36,119 nt of DNA from a virus (taxonomy: Duplodnaviria > Caudoviricetes): positions 1 through 36,119 of IMG/VR virus record IMGVR_UViG_3300032257_000061; one strand, written 5' to 3'. How positions within the stretch are numbered: position 1 is the first letter of the stretch; each line of letters starts with the position of its first letter. A program made the translations under genes and the position numbers. Below the pieces are notes generated by a model that made no database searches, was not told the origin of the DNA, and worked only from the letters and a program-made list of their open reading frames with translations. This document shows positions 7,313 to 15,919 of this stretch, one piece after another.

Positions 7313-8575
7313 TTATTTCCTTTCTATTTCTAGTAAGTAACAATCTACTTCTAAGCCACTGTCCATATTTGAGTTAAATACGGCCTTAGTAAAATCTCTA
7401 TTAACGCTTGCATGAGGCTCTGACCAATAACCGGAACCTGTGTTATTTGTGTCAGCTAACTTAGTAATAACTGGGTTATCTTCTACAGTGCATGAAAATA
7501 TTGCGTCAGTCCACCATCTAACGCCATTTTTGCCGCCGTAAGTAGATATAAGAATTTTACCAGCTGAGTTAAACGCCTTGCCTGATATATGAAAAGCTGT
7601 ACTAGCTCCATTTTCATACAGTGAAAACAAGTTTATTCGCTCATGCGTATTTAGATTAAATGAGGTAACAAACCCAATGTCATAATCAGTATAAACAATG
7701 CAATCATCACCATCAGAATTAATACATATGTCTGAATGCGGCCCCTTTCTAGCTATACCATGACCAGAATTAAAGTCTCTCGAATAAACCATTAACCCGC
7801 ATGGACTGTCTTTAGTGCCTAGCTCTGTAGTGCTTTTACACTCATTAGGAACATGCCAAGATGGGACTATATATTCACCGCTAGGACTCATGCTTACATG
7901 GTCTGGTCTGCCTATTCCATGCTCTTTATAATCGAAGCTAGAAATTATGCCTTGATTAATATCAACAACAATTAAACCTAATGGCTTAAAATCGATTGTC
8001 TCTACCTGCAACCCCCAATATTTAAAATCACTTGATGGGCTTCCTTCGGATTTAGTCCAGCATCTAGCAGCTGTAGGCCATATATCTTTAACGCCAGATA
8101 AATCACAAACCTCAGCGACTTCATCAGTATGTACATTATGAGAAAGTATAGACAACCCGCCGTTATTAGGGAATTTGTAAAGCACATCGGGATTAGTTGG
8201 GTGCCATTGAGGTTCAACGCTGCCACCGCCTAAGCTTAATTTTCTATAATAAGTCCCGTCCAATTTATATAAATGCCAGTATCCGTTTTTGGCGTATATT
8301 AAAACTAAAGAATTATCAGAGTTAAACGCCTGTCTTCGTGAGTAATCATTCCTAGCAAAACCCACAGGTGGTTGATTGACGTAATCTGTAAGTCTAGTAA
8401 TGCTTTTAGTGGTGATTGGAGCGTCTACTGGAACTTTCTTAGGTGTATCTATAGGGGCTGTATTAGGCTCATCTGTAGGCTTATTCGACAATATCAATTC
8501 GTCTAGCTTGTTTTCTATCCTGTTTATTGCATCTACAAAATCATCAAGCTCTTCAATATTTAAAATCATTATCAT
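7313..8575 (-). CDS. Beta-propeller-like protein with a Pro/Thr linker
   Basis: Blade-like segments (QAFNSDN, PQWHPTNPD, SPSSDFKY, HVSMSPSGEY, EPHASVNRDFTK) after a coiled segment and PT-rich linker. Confidence 0.55.
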   Translation of the reverse strand: MIMILNIEELDDFVDAINRIENKLDELILSNKPTDEPNTAPIDTPKKVPVDAPITTKSITRLTDYVNQPPVGFARNDYSRRQAFNSDNSLVLIYAKNGYWHLYKLDGTYYRKLSLGGGSVEPQWHPTNPDVLYKFPNNGGLSILSHNVHTDEVAEVCDLSGVKDIWPTAARCWTKSEGSPSSDFKYWGLQVETIDFKPLGLIVVDINQGIISSFDYKEHGIGRPDHVSMSPSGEYIVPSWHVPNECKSTTELGTKDSPCGLMVYSRDFNSGHGIARKGPHSDICINSDGDDCIVYTDYDIGFVTSFNLNTHERINLFSLYENGASTAFHISGKAFNSAGKILISTYGGKNGVRWWTDAIFSCTVEDNPVITKLADTNNTGSGYWSEPHASVNRDFTKAVFNSNMDSGLEVDCYLLEIERK

Positions 8576-8661
8576 TAAATCCCTGATGTTTTAATATTTA
8601 TATCTACCGCATATGCGTTAAACGTAAATAGTAAAGCGATTAGTATTAGTGTGTTTTTCAT
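8575..8661 (-). CDS. 28-aa ORF that is almost entirely a Sec-type signal peptide (not in ORF track)
   Basis: MKNTLILIALLFTFNAYA-VDINIKTSGI*; abuts the 8662 stop and overlaps the next start (TAATG). Confidence 0.55.
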   Translation of the reverse strand: MKNTLILIALLFTFNAYAVDINIKTSGI

Positions 8662-8871
8662 TCAATCATCCTTGTTTTCGTGTTTTTCGTTGCATTTAAC
8701 TATAGAGTCTTCAACAACCGCAAGTCTATAAAGAACTAGTTGTTGCAGTACATTTATATCGTTTATCTTTTCGGTTACGTCTTGAGTCGGCTTCATAATA
8801 TTAAGCGCGCTATCAGATGCACCAACACCTAGAAGCAGCAATATAATAGCTATAACTCTTTTATCATCCAC
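8662..8871 (-). CDS. Small single-TM protein, lysis region
   Basis: N-terminal hydrophobic segment followed by a short coiled coil. Confidence 0.55.
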   Translation of the reverse strand: MDDKRVIAIILLLLGVGASDSALNIMKPTQDVTEKINDINVLQQLVLYRLAVVEDSIVKCNEKHENKDD

Positions 8872-9075
8872 TTATTTAACCGTGTGAAAATCTATAATAT
8901 GAGAATCAAGTTTTTCGTCAACCGCCTGCACTGATGATTCATTGTCATGTATTTTAATCTTAATCGAGTCTACTTGAGCTTTTATTAAATAAAATATTAT
9001 CGAAAATAATAAAAAAATGAATGCGCATAAAGCAGAAACTATAGCTATCAAAACATCATTAGGTATAGTTTCCAT
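8872..9075 (-). CDS. Small single-TM protein (holin/antiholin-like)
   Basis: One TM helix plus coiled coil ending KLDSHIIDFH. Confidence 0.55.
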   Translation of the reverse strand: METIPNDVLIAIVSALCAFIFLLFSIIFYLIKAQVDSIKIKIHDNESSVQAVDEKLDSHIIDFHTVK

Positions 9076-9093
9076 TATTTGCCTTTTGTTATC

Positions 9094-9603
9094 TCAGACA
9101 ACACGATAATAATTAGAATTATTCCCATCCCTGCCAGTATGAACCCTATGTCTAATCCTTGCAAAGCCATGATACGCGCCTCTACTTAGCCCTAATAACT
9201 GCAAGACACAGAACAAGGTCATTGCTTGTGTATATAACTCTAAAGGCACATCTGCACCATAAACGATATAAAACATTAAATGAGCAGCAGCAATAACAAA
9301 AGAAAGGGCCGCAAAATAAAACGACCCAGCAATTACAAATATAAGCACATAAGCAACATTGATTAAGGACATGACAGGGTCAAACCAAGCCCCCGCGTAT
9401 ATATCATATGACCTCATTAAAACGTCTACCGATATAAAAACACAAAATTCAGAAAGCAATAAAAACGCTATTGCAGATTGTCTTGTAAACTTAAAACTAA
9501 GCCAGCTTATAGGTGATTTAGTAAGCTTATCAGCATTTACTGATATTAGAAATACCATTAAGCAGAGGATGGAAAGGAACGCAATATCTAAGCCGTTAAT
9601 CAT
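9094..9603 (-). CDS. Multi-pass membrane protein
   Basis: About 5 hydrophobic segments and a basic C-terminal tail. Confidence 0.7.
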   Translation of the reverse strand: MINGLDIAFLSILCLMVFLISVNADKLTKSPISWLSFKFTRQSAIAFLLLSEFCVFISVDVLMRSYDIYAGAWFDPVMSLINVAYVLIFVIAGSFYFAALSFVIAAAHLMFYIVYGADVPLELYTQAMTLFCVLQLLGLSRGAYHGFARIRHRVHTGRDGNNSNYYRVV

Positions 9604-9665
9604 TTTTTAGTACGGCGCTTGCGTTTCTTCTTGTCTTTCCCTCTGCCTCTGCCTGTTGATGCCAT
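9600..9665 (-). CDS. 21-aa polybasic peptide (not in ORF track)
   Basis: MASTGRGRGKDKKKRKRRTKK*; AGGAG RBS; ATGA overlap with the membrane-protein start. Confidence 0.65.
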   Translation of the reverse strand: MASTGRGRGKDKKKRKRRTKK

Positions 9666-9676
9666 GTTATTCACTC

Positions 9677-10111
9677 CTAGTTTAATAGGTTAGTTTTCCA
9701 GTCATCCACTATGATTAATCTAAACTCATTAGTATCAGACATTAAATTCATAAATTCATTATAACCATGCTTAGAGTCGAGTATACCAGAATCATTACCT
9801 AGCATGCCAAACGACTCACCAACTAAGATACAGCCGCGTGAATCATCATCTAAATTGCCTTTATGGAATAATATGTGACTTCTGTTTGGTACGTTCATCA
9901 CTTCAAACGTATCATTAAAGCGAGGACTATCAACACGCTTACAGATATATTCACCAGCTAATATACATGCACCAGCAACGTCACCAACACTAGGCTTATT
10001 ATTATTCCATTCACGCTCAAGCGTTACAGCAAAAGGGTCGTTTTCAAATACTAATACGCCCTTAGTGCCTTTGTTGCTTGTGGTTACTCGTCTTATTAGT
10101 AGGGTTTTCAC
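9677..10111 (-). CDS. DUF5675-family protein, probable endolysin
   Basis: T.G.L...TLE..W..N...CI.AGEY...SPRF...VPNRSHILFHKGN...DSRGCILVG. Confidence 0.8.
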   Translation of the reverse strand: MKTLLIRRVTTSNKGTKGVLVFENDPFAVTLEREWNNNKPSVGDVAGACILAGEYICKRVDSPRFNDTFEVMNVPNRSHILFHKGNLDDDSRGCILVGESFGMLGNDSGILDSKHGYNEFMNLMSDTNEFRLIIVDDWKTNLLN

Positions 10112-11460
10112 GATAATAGCTTTTTAGCTTCGTTAGCAAATAAAATTCCCTGCTTCCACTGTCCAAATCCATTAGGGTGGAAATCGGCATTTTTAAACCA
10201 CTTTAATTGAGCGCCTTGTGGGTTATGCCCGCCAAAATAAGTGAATTGATCTACTATATGAACTCTATCAGTAAACCCATTTAATGCAGCCCATGTCGGT
10301 AATGCGTTTATATAACCATTAATAGTATCAACACGCGCTATTCTTGTGGCATCACCAGACCATGTACTTCCGTTTCTTATATCAACAGATGGAACCGTAC
10401 CTATAATTATATGATCTGATACTGCTAGTACAGATGTTATCTGCGCCTTCATATCTGTATCAGAATCAGCAAGCGTAAATGATAAGTCTATAGCGTCATT
10501 AGTCCAGCCACGATATAGAGCTATTTTAGGTCTTAAATCAGACACGCCCAGATTTGGCTTAGTAGCATCAGCCCCGCTTATTTGATCTTCGATAGCCGTT
10601 GTTCCTGTATTATTTACAGTAGACCCACCAACTCCCGCTTCTACAGACGCGCACTTTAAACCAATATTGTGGAAAACTGAATCAAAAGCCAGTGTGCAGC
10701 CTGCTCCATACATTTCTGACGCATCGCTATTATCAACAAAAGAGTCTCCGTACCAAACAATATTAGATAGCTTTGGATTAACTGCAAAGCTAACAGGCCG
10801 AGAAGCCATAACCACATTGCTCATTAATGCGCCTGTTGCTGGTAAAGCTTGATTAACTACTGCGCCTATCATTAAATGCTCAAATATGCCGCCTGTATAA
10901 GCCGCTCTAGCACCTGTTCCAGCAAGCTTGCCATTAAAATAAATCTCACCTTCTGAGCCATTCCATGACAGCGTTACAATGAATCTATTATTATTACCTG
11001 ACGCGATTGCTTCGTGTGATCTAAACCATGAGTTTATAGCCGGTGTGTCTGCTGTAGCAGAAATATAAGCAACTATCCTATTACTTGCATCTATGTGTAT
11101 GGAACCATAAGGAGTTGCGCCACTGATAGCTGAATGCCAATTAATAAAATAACCAGATGTTGCCCAGTCTTTGGCCGTTGAAAATTCAGCAACAAATGTA
11201 GCAAATGAGTAAGCATCTATCTCAAAACTAACCTGCCCTGTGTATTGCATCTGAGCTTTTATAACAGGATCAAGGCTGGACATATCAAATAATATACCGC
11301 CATTAGCGCCAATTGTTACACCTTCACTAGATACAACCGCGCCGGTCTGAACAACGCCAGATTTTGACGTAATATCATCAGTGTCTTTACATGAACACTG
11401 AATAAGGACTGTTTCATCATCTGAACCGAATGGAATAATTCCATTGTATACATTAGGCAT
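10108..11460 (-). CDS. LamG-like domain plus SGNH/GDSL esterase, probable tail appendage
   Basis: C-terminal WYGDSF, GVGGST, W.ND and DFHPN..G blocks; N-terminal beta-sandwich (LSWNGSEGEIYFNG). Confidence 0.75.
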   Translation of the reverse strand: MPNVYNGIIPFGSDDETVLIQCSCKDTDDITSKSGVVQTGAVVSSEGVTIGANGGILFDMSSLDPVIKAQMQYTGQVSFEIDAYSFATFVAEFSTAKDWATSGYFINWHSAISGATPYGSIHIDASNRIVAYISATADTPAINSWFRSHEAIASGNNNRFIVTLSWNGSEGEIYFNGKLAGTGARAAYTGGIFEHLMIGAVVNQALPATGALMSNVVMASRPVSFAVNPKLSNIVWYGDSFVDNSDASEMYGAGCTLAFDSVFHNIGLKCASVEAGVGGSTVNNTGTTAIEDQISGADATKPNLGVSDLRPKIALYRGWTNDAIDLSFTLADSDTDMKAQITSVLAVSDHIIIGTVPSVDIRNGSTWSGDATRIARVDTINGYINALPTWAALNGFTDRVHIVDQFTYFGGHNPQGAQLKWFKNADFHPNGFGQWKQGILFANEAKKLLS

Positions 11461-11461
11461 A

Positions 11462-11941
11462 TTAAGCTCCGTAAATTATCTGAGCATTAGTATTAGCAAC
11501 ACTACCCACGTTAAGAACTCGTATATTAGTAAATAACCCATTTACATCACGGGTTAATGTCCCTCTCTCGCCGAATGCTATCTGAGTGTCAGGGTCTACA
11601 ATAACCCCTGCTGTGGTGATTGTTTTAACAGTAGTTACGAACCATGTAACGCCATAATCAAGAGACATTTCAACATCAACAGTGCCTACTAAACAATGAA
11701 CTGTTACAGTCTTACACCATGATATATCAGGCGATGTATAGATAATTTCATTATTAGTATCTTTTGCAACGCCTAGAACACTCTCGGTTCTATCCTCTAT
11801 ATGTGCGCCGTAAGCATTTACTGAGCCTGCTTGCGTTTCTGTATGCTTTGCGCCGTTAGTGCTTTTGTCGTATAGAGGGTCGCCTGTTGCAGTGTCTTTT
11901 GACAGAGTTAAACTAGCGCCGTTATGTGGGTCGTTTGCCAT
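11462..11941 (-). CDS. Hypothetical, probably virion-associated protein
   Basis: Beta-rich (VDVEMSLDYGVTWF); tail-region position; GAGGA RBS. Confidence 0.55.
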   Translation of the reverse strand: MANDPHNGASLTLSKDTATGDPLYDKSTNGAKHTETQAGSVNAYGAHIEDRTESVLGVAKDTNNEIIYTSPDISWCKTVTVHCLVGTVDVEMSLDYGVTWFVTTVKTITTAGVIVDPDTQIAFGERGTLTRDVNGLFTNIRVLNVGSVANTNAQIIYGA

Positions 11942-11992
11942 TATCTATATCCTCTTAATTTAGTGTATTTTAAGCTATTAGGCTTGTTAATG

Positions 11993-12409
11993 CTATTTAA
12001 TCGCACAGTGGCCGAAATCCCACGGTTCTATAAGATATTCACACATTAATACGGCTATTTTTCCGCGCCATGAATAAGGCTCTGTGCGTAAATAATGCTT
12101 TAATCTTTCTGTAACTGTCTTGCGGTCACTGTCTGGAAGCTCTGCAAATACATAAGTCATGCAAGTGTAATTTACAATCACATCAGCAATAACAAATACA
12201 ACGCCCCATATATACGCAAGCCACAATCTAAGCCCCGTTAAAGGCCTTTCTCTGTGCCTTGTTAATATCAATCCAGTTGGAATAAACATAAGCCACAGCA
12301 GCACTATGCCGCCTATAACGTATAATTCTATGTTGTAGTAAAGAGCCGCGCCACCTGTCAAGGCATGCAAGGCGATAAAAAACATAAATCTTTTAGTTAA
12401 TATATTCAT
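11993..12409 (-). CDS. Membrane protein of unknown function
   Basis: About 3 TM helices, then DVIVN...TVTERL...C..L...DFGHC; ATGA-coupled. Confidence 0.6.
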   Translation of the reverse strand: MNILTKRFMFFIALHALTGGAALYYNIELYVIGGIVLLWLMFIPTGLILTRHRERPLTGLRLWLAYIWGVVFVIADVIVNYTCMTYVFAELPDSDRKTVTERLKHYLRTEPYSWRGKIAVLMCEYLIEPWDFGHCAIK

Positions 12410-12849
12410 ATGCCAAAAATACCATCAATTTGAGAATCTGATAAATTCAAAAGCGCCGAAACCTGCAATACCTCTGGATTATTTCTCTTAAATACCGTGG
12501 CATTAGCCCACATTATTTTAATTCGGCTAGACGTGTCAGGCAAGGCAACAAAATCCTCAACCGTTGATAACAATAGAGCATCATCCAAAGCGAGCATAAA
12601 GTCCATTCTGCTTAATGCGACTGTATTTCTTTTCTTTGATAAATCTACATCAGCCTTTCTTGTAGCATCCTCTGACAAAACACCGTCAATATAATTATAT
12701 ACAGAATGACCATATACAGAATGAGCTATTTCTTTTGATTGATCTTCTGTTAACTGAATTAAATCAACGCCTTCTTCATTATGAGTATCTAATATAGCGC
12801 CATTATTATCTATGCTTATAAACATGCTATGAAACCTCCCAAGCGCCAA
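12406..12849 (-). CDS. Tail-fibre-associated/assembly protein
   Basis: LSRMDFMLAL...W.NA..F.R..P......LNLSDSQIDGIF C-terminus, typical of genes after tail fibres. Confidence 0.55.
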   Translation of the reverse strand: MALGRFHSMFISIDNNGAILDTHNEEGVDLIQLTEDQSKEIAHSVYGHSVYNYIDGVLSEDATRKADVDLSKKRNTVALSRMDFMLALDDALLLSTVEDFVALPDTSSRIKIMWANATVFKRNNPEVLQVSALLNLSDSQIDGIFGI

Positions 12850-13378
12850 CTATGCCAACGCCATTAGTAACCCCTATCCACGGGTCTTTAATGTCATCGC
12901 CAGTCTGATAGCCGTTTGTGCTCCAATTGCCGTAAATCTGTATTAAATCGCCCTCGACTACAGATAAATCATACGTTTTAGCCCCAGCGCCCGTAAATTC
13001 CCCGCTAATTGCAACGCCATTTTTATAGACACGGCCATACATTGATGTATTAGGATTTTCCCACCCTACTCTCACAGTCCCAGTCTGCCCAGACCGACAT
13101 TGAAAAACTTTATTATATGAAGAATGAGCCACTGTTGTTGGTATTTGCCCGTGATAATAGGAAATAACTTCTGTACCAGCGGTCATATCATTAAGCTTAT
13201 CACCAGTTATCTCGCTGTCAGGAATCATTGCAGCAACAATATAATCATTAGCTAATACTGGTGCGCCTGAATCTTTAGCAAAAGCAGAGGCTACGTTATC
13301 ACGCAATGCTGTCATTAAGCCCGTTGTTATTGGGCTGTCCGCATCTACATCACTATTATTAATTACTGTCCAAGTCAT
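12827..13378 (-). CDS. Short tail fibre/tail-tip protein
   Basis: MTWT.I..SDVD.DSPIT..LM.ALRDN anchor-like N-terminus; follows the hub gene. Confidence 0.55.
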   Translation of the reverse strand: MTWTVINNSDVDADSPITTGLMTALRDNVASAFAKDSGAPVLANDYIVAAMIPDSEITGDKLNDMTAGTEVISYYHGQIPTTVAHSSYNKVFQCRSGQTGTVRVGWENPNTSMYGRVYKNGVAISGEFTGAGAKTYDLSVVEGDLIQIYGNWSTNGYQTGDDIKDPWIGVTNGVGIVGAWEVS

Positions 13379-13386
13379 AAAATCAC

Positions 13387-15168
13387 CTATGCTATTAAAT
13401 AGCCAGCATCACCGTTACTCATTAATCCAGTGTTTTCACAAATAAACCCGTATGCGGCTTTGTTATCGTCTGTTTCTGTTAAATAATCACCCATTGTATC
13501 AGGTGTTATAAAACCATAAGATAAAATTGAATAATCCCACGTTTGAGCCTCTATCTCTATCTGTTGCTTGTCGTGAATATCTGATACTTTTAAAATCTGT
13601 GCGCTTTGCGTTAAGCTTGAGCCGTCTATATCCTGAAAAGCAAATGTTTTGAGTATTATACTATCACCCGTCCAAACGCTTGCATCTTTTTTATCGACTT
13701 TAAACTTAGCCGTGCTTGGTGTGCCTGCGTACCTAGACAGCAATCGACCCGCTAACGTAACAATTAAGCCAGCATTAGCACTACCTAGCCAATCGGCATA
13801 GATAACACGAATAGACTTCTCATCGTAAGCGTTAACATTTTCAGAATCACTATCGACCTGAACATGCAGCTTTTTATAATTCTCTGCTTTGTCTAATCCG
13901 TCTGTTACATCTTCAATATCATAATATACCCATATTTGAGATACGCGGTCTTTCGCATTGTCTTTATTAGACATCGTATCAGCGACAATGCTTGAGGCAT
14001 CCGTAAGCGTTGGGGGTGTTTCATTCTTTAATGCAGGGGCAATAGCTCTTAATTTAATTTCTTGGTCGCGCTCATCAAACCATATGTATATTAAGTTTTG
14101 CTCACATAGTCTTTGCAATAACTTTGTTACGCCTGTTGGCTTAGTGATTATATAGGTTAAATCGTTACCACTTAACCAATCAGCTTTCTCTAAATCCCAC
14201 AAATCATCAGTACCAGTAGGCACAGCAAGGCCAGCATCATAAGGCAAGAATGACTCTGAAATACCTGCGTATGTGTTTAGCAATTCGTGAATAATATCAA
14301 CAACATTTTCAGCGGTATATTCTAAGCACTGTTGTACATCATCATCTATACTATGAGCTTTAGCCTCTGTGCCGTGTGCGCCTCTACCTAAGCCGTTTAG
14401 CGTGTCAGTTGTGATCGATGTATATGTTATTACTTCTTTGTCAATTCTAACGCTGCCAGACGCATCATAATCAGCTCCTTCGCCTGTCTGTAGCGTTAGC
14501 GTTGTTGCAACATCAGTAATAGCGGCCACAAGCGTGCCTGTACTAGCGGCAGGGGCTACGGCCTTTTTATCATCAGCAAGCTTTAAAATGTCCTTGCCTG
14601 TTATCTTAACCGCGCCCTTAGAGCTTAAATCTATGCTGTCAATTATATAATGACGGCTGTCAAAATCAGACCATGAGAAAGGGTCGTTTATATACCCTTG
14701 CCTAATTCTCATTGAGCGGCCTTTGTAATAAGGATTTCTAGCTTTTAACTTGCCAAAGAATGAGCCTTGAGACTCAGCATCATAAGCCCTAGTAGCAAAA
14801 TAAGGGTCAATGCCTATATCATCATCGGCAAAATCTTTAAGGTTTAAACTGGCTACGCCTCTACGTCCTAGAGTGCCTTTAGGGTCTATCTGTGTTGGGG
14901 TAAACCGTGGCTCGCCATCAATAGCAGGGTAGCCAATCTCGCCAATAGGAATATAGCTAACAGACTGATAAAACCTATAAGTCTTAGTGGTCTTTGCGTA
15001 GTTTGCCGTGTCTTGGCAAGTAAAGAACGTGTTGTAACATTCGTTTCCAGATGTAAGGCCAGCCGTACACGCTCCAACGCCATACGCTAACGAGCATGAA
15101 TCTAAATCAATTTCGCAGACCGTTAAAGGCGCTCTATTATCATCAATTCTGCTAGTGTCATACGTCAT
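13387..15168 (-). CDS. Tail tip/hub (central tail) protein
   Basis: Cys-rich N-terminus (CSL.YG..AC...ECYNT..TCQ), RID.EVI.Y...RG..GT.A..H; second gene after the tape measure. Confidence 0.7.
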   Translation of the reverse strand: MTYDTSRIDDNRAPLTVCEIDLDSCSLAYGVGACTAGLTSGNECYNTFFTCQDTANYAKTTKTYRFYQSVSYIPIGEIGYPAIDGEPRFTPTQIDPKGTLGRRGVASLNLKDFADDDIGIDPYFATRAYDAESQGSFFGKLKARNPYYKGRSMRIRQGYINDPFSWSDFDSRHYIIDSIDLSSKGAVKITGKDILKLADDKKAVAPAASTGTLVAAITDVATTLTLQTGEGADYDASGSVRIDKEVITYTSITTDTLNGLGRGAHGTEAKAHSIDDDVQQCLEYTAENVVDIIHELLNTYAGISESFLPYDAGLAVPTGTDDLWDLEKADWLSGNDLTYIITKPTGVTKLLQRLCEQNLIYIWFDERDQEIKLRAIAPALKNETPPTLTDASSIVADTMSNKDNAKDRVSQIWVYYDIEDVTDGLDKAENYKKLHVQVDSDSENVNAYDEKSIRVIYADWLGSANAGLIVTLAGRLLSRYAGTPSTAKFKVDKKDASVWTGDSIILKTFAFQDIDGSSLTQSAQILKVSDIHDKQQIEIEAQTWDYSILSYGFITPDTMGDYLTETDDNKAAYGFICENTGLMSNGDAGYLIA

Positions 15169-15919
15169 AAAGGGCCACGCAATTAAGACTGAAATCTAAA
15201 TAGATGCTATCACTATAAGCGGGGTATTTAATATTATTAGCCATACAATAAGCTGTTTCTAGCGGGTAGTTTTCCCAATCCCAAACAAAATAAAATGGAT
15301 ACAACTCAATACTGTTAGCAAGCGCATCCCAGTTAGCATCAATCCATGCTCTAGTAATCTTTGGTTGATTTATATCAACTTTTGAGCCTTTTCTAATTAA
15401 CGAGCGACCTAAATAATTACCGCTTTCTGACATATTATTATAAATCTTACGATCTCTATTTAAATTAGCCGGACTAAAACCCTCCGGTAGCCCTCGCTCA
15501 AGATAAAGAACAGTACCTAAGAATAGATTTGCTATATAAAATATCCCTGATGGGGCCGCCACGAAAAAACGCCAATATCTAGCGGAAATAGCCCCGCCAA
15601 CCACATAAATAACATTATTATTTGATGGGGTTAACGTAGGGCTAAAAGTTAACTGCTCGCCAGCCCAAGCCCCTGTTGCTGAATACTGGACATAAATATC
15701 TGCTGAAATATCAGACAGATTATGACCAGCTACACCCCATGAATTTATAGATACGCTTGAACCCATATCGACATAATATGAATATGAGCCTACTGCGCCA
15801 GCACTCCACCATGACGAAGTTTTCCAGCTTTGCGCGTTTTCTTTTTCGTATCCTGCCGTATCTGTAGCAGTCACCGTCCCGCTTTTAACTAAATTGTTAT
15901 AACCAATATATGAAGTCAT
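15158..15919 (-). CDS. Distal tail-like protein
   Basis: Directly after the tape measure; beta-rich, with ARYWR motif. Confidence 0.6.
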   Translation of the reverse strand: MTSYIGYNNLVKSGTVTATDTAGYEKENAQSWKTSSWWSAGAVGSYSYYVDMGSSVSINSWGVAGHNLSDISADIYVQYSATGAWAGEQLTFSPTLTPSNNNVIYVVGGAISARYWRFFVAAPSGIFYIANLFLGTVLYLERGLPEGFSPANLNRDRKIYNNMSESGNYLGRSLIRKGSKVDINQPKITRAWIDANWDALANSIELYPFYFVWDWENYPLETAYCMANNIKYPAYSDSIYLDFSLNCVALYDV

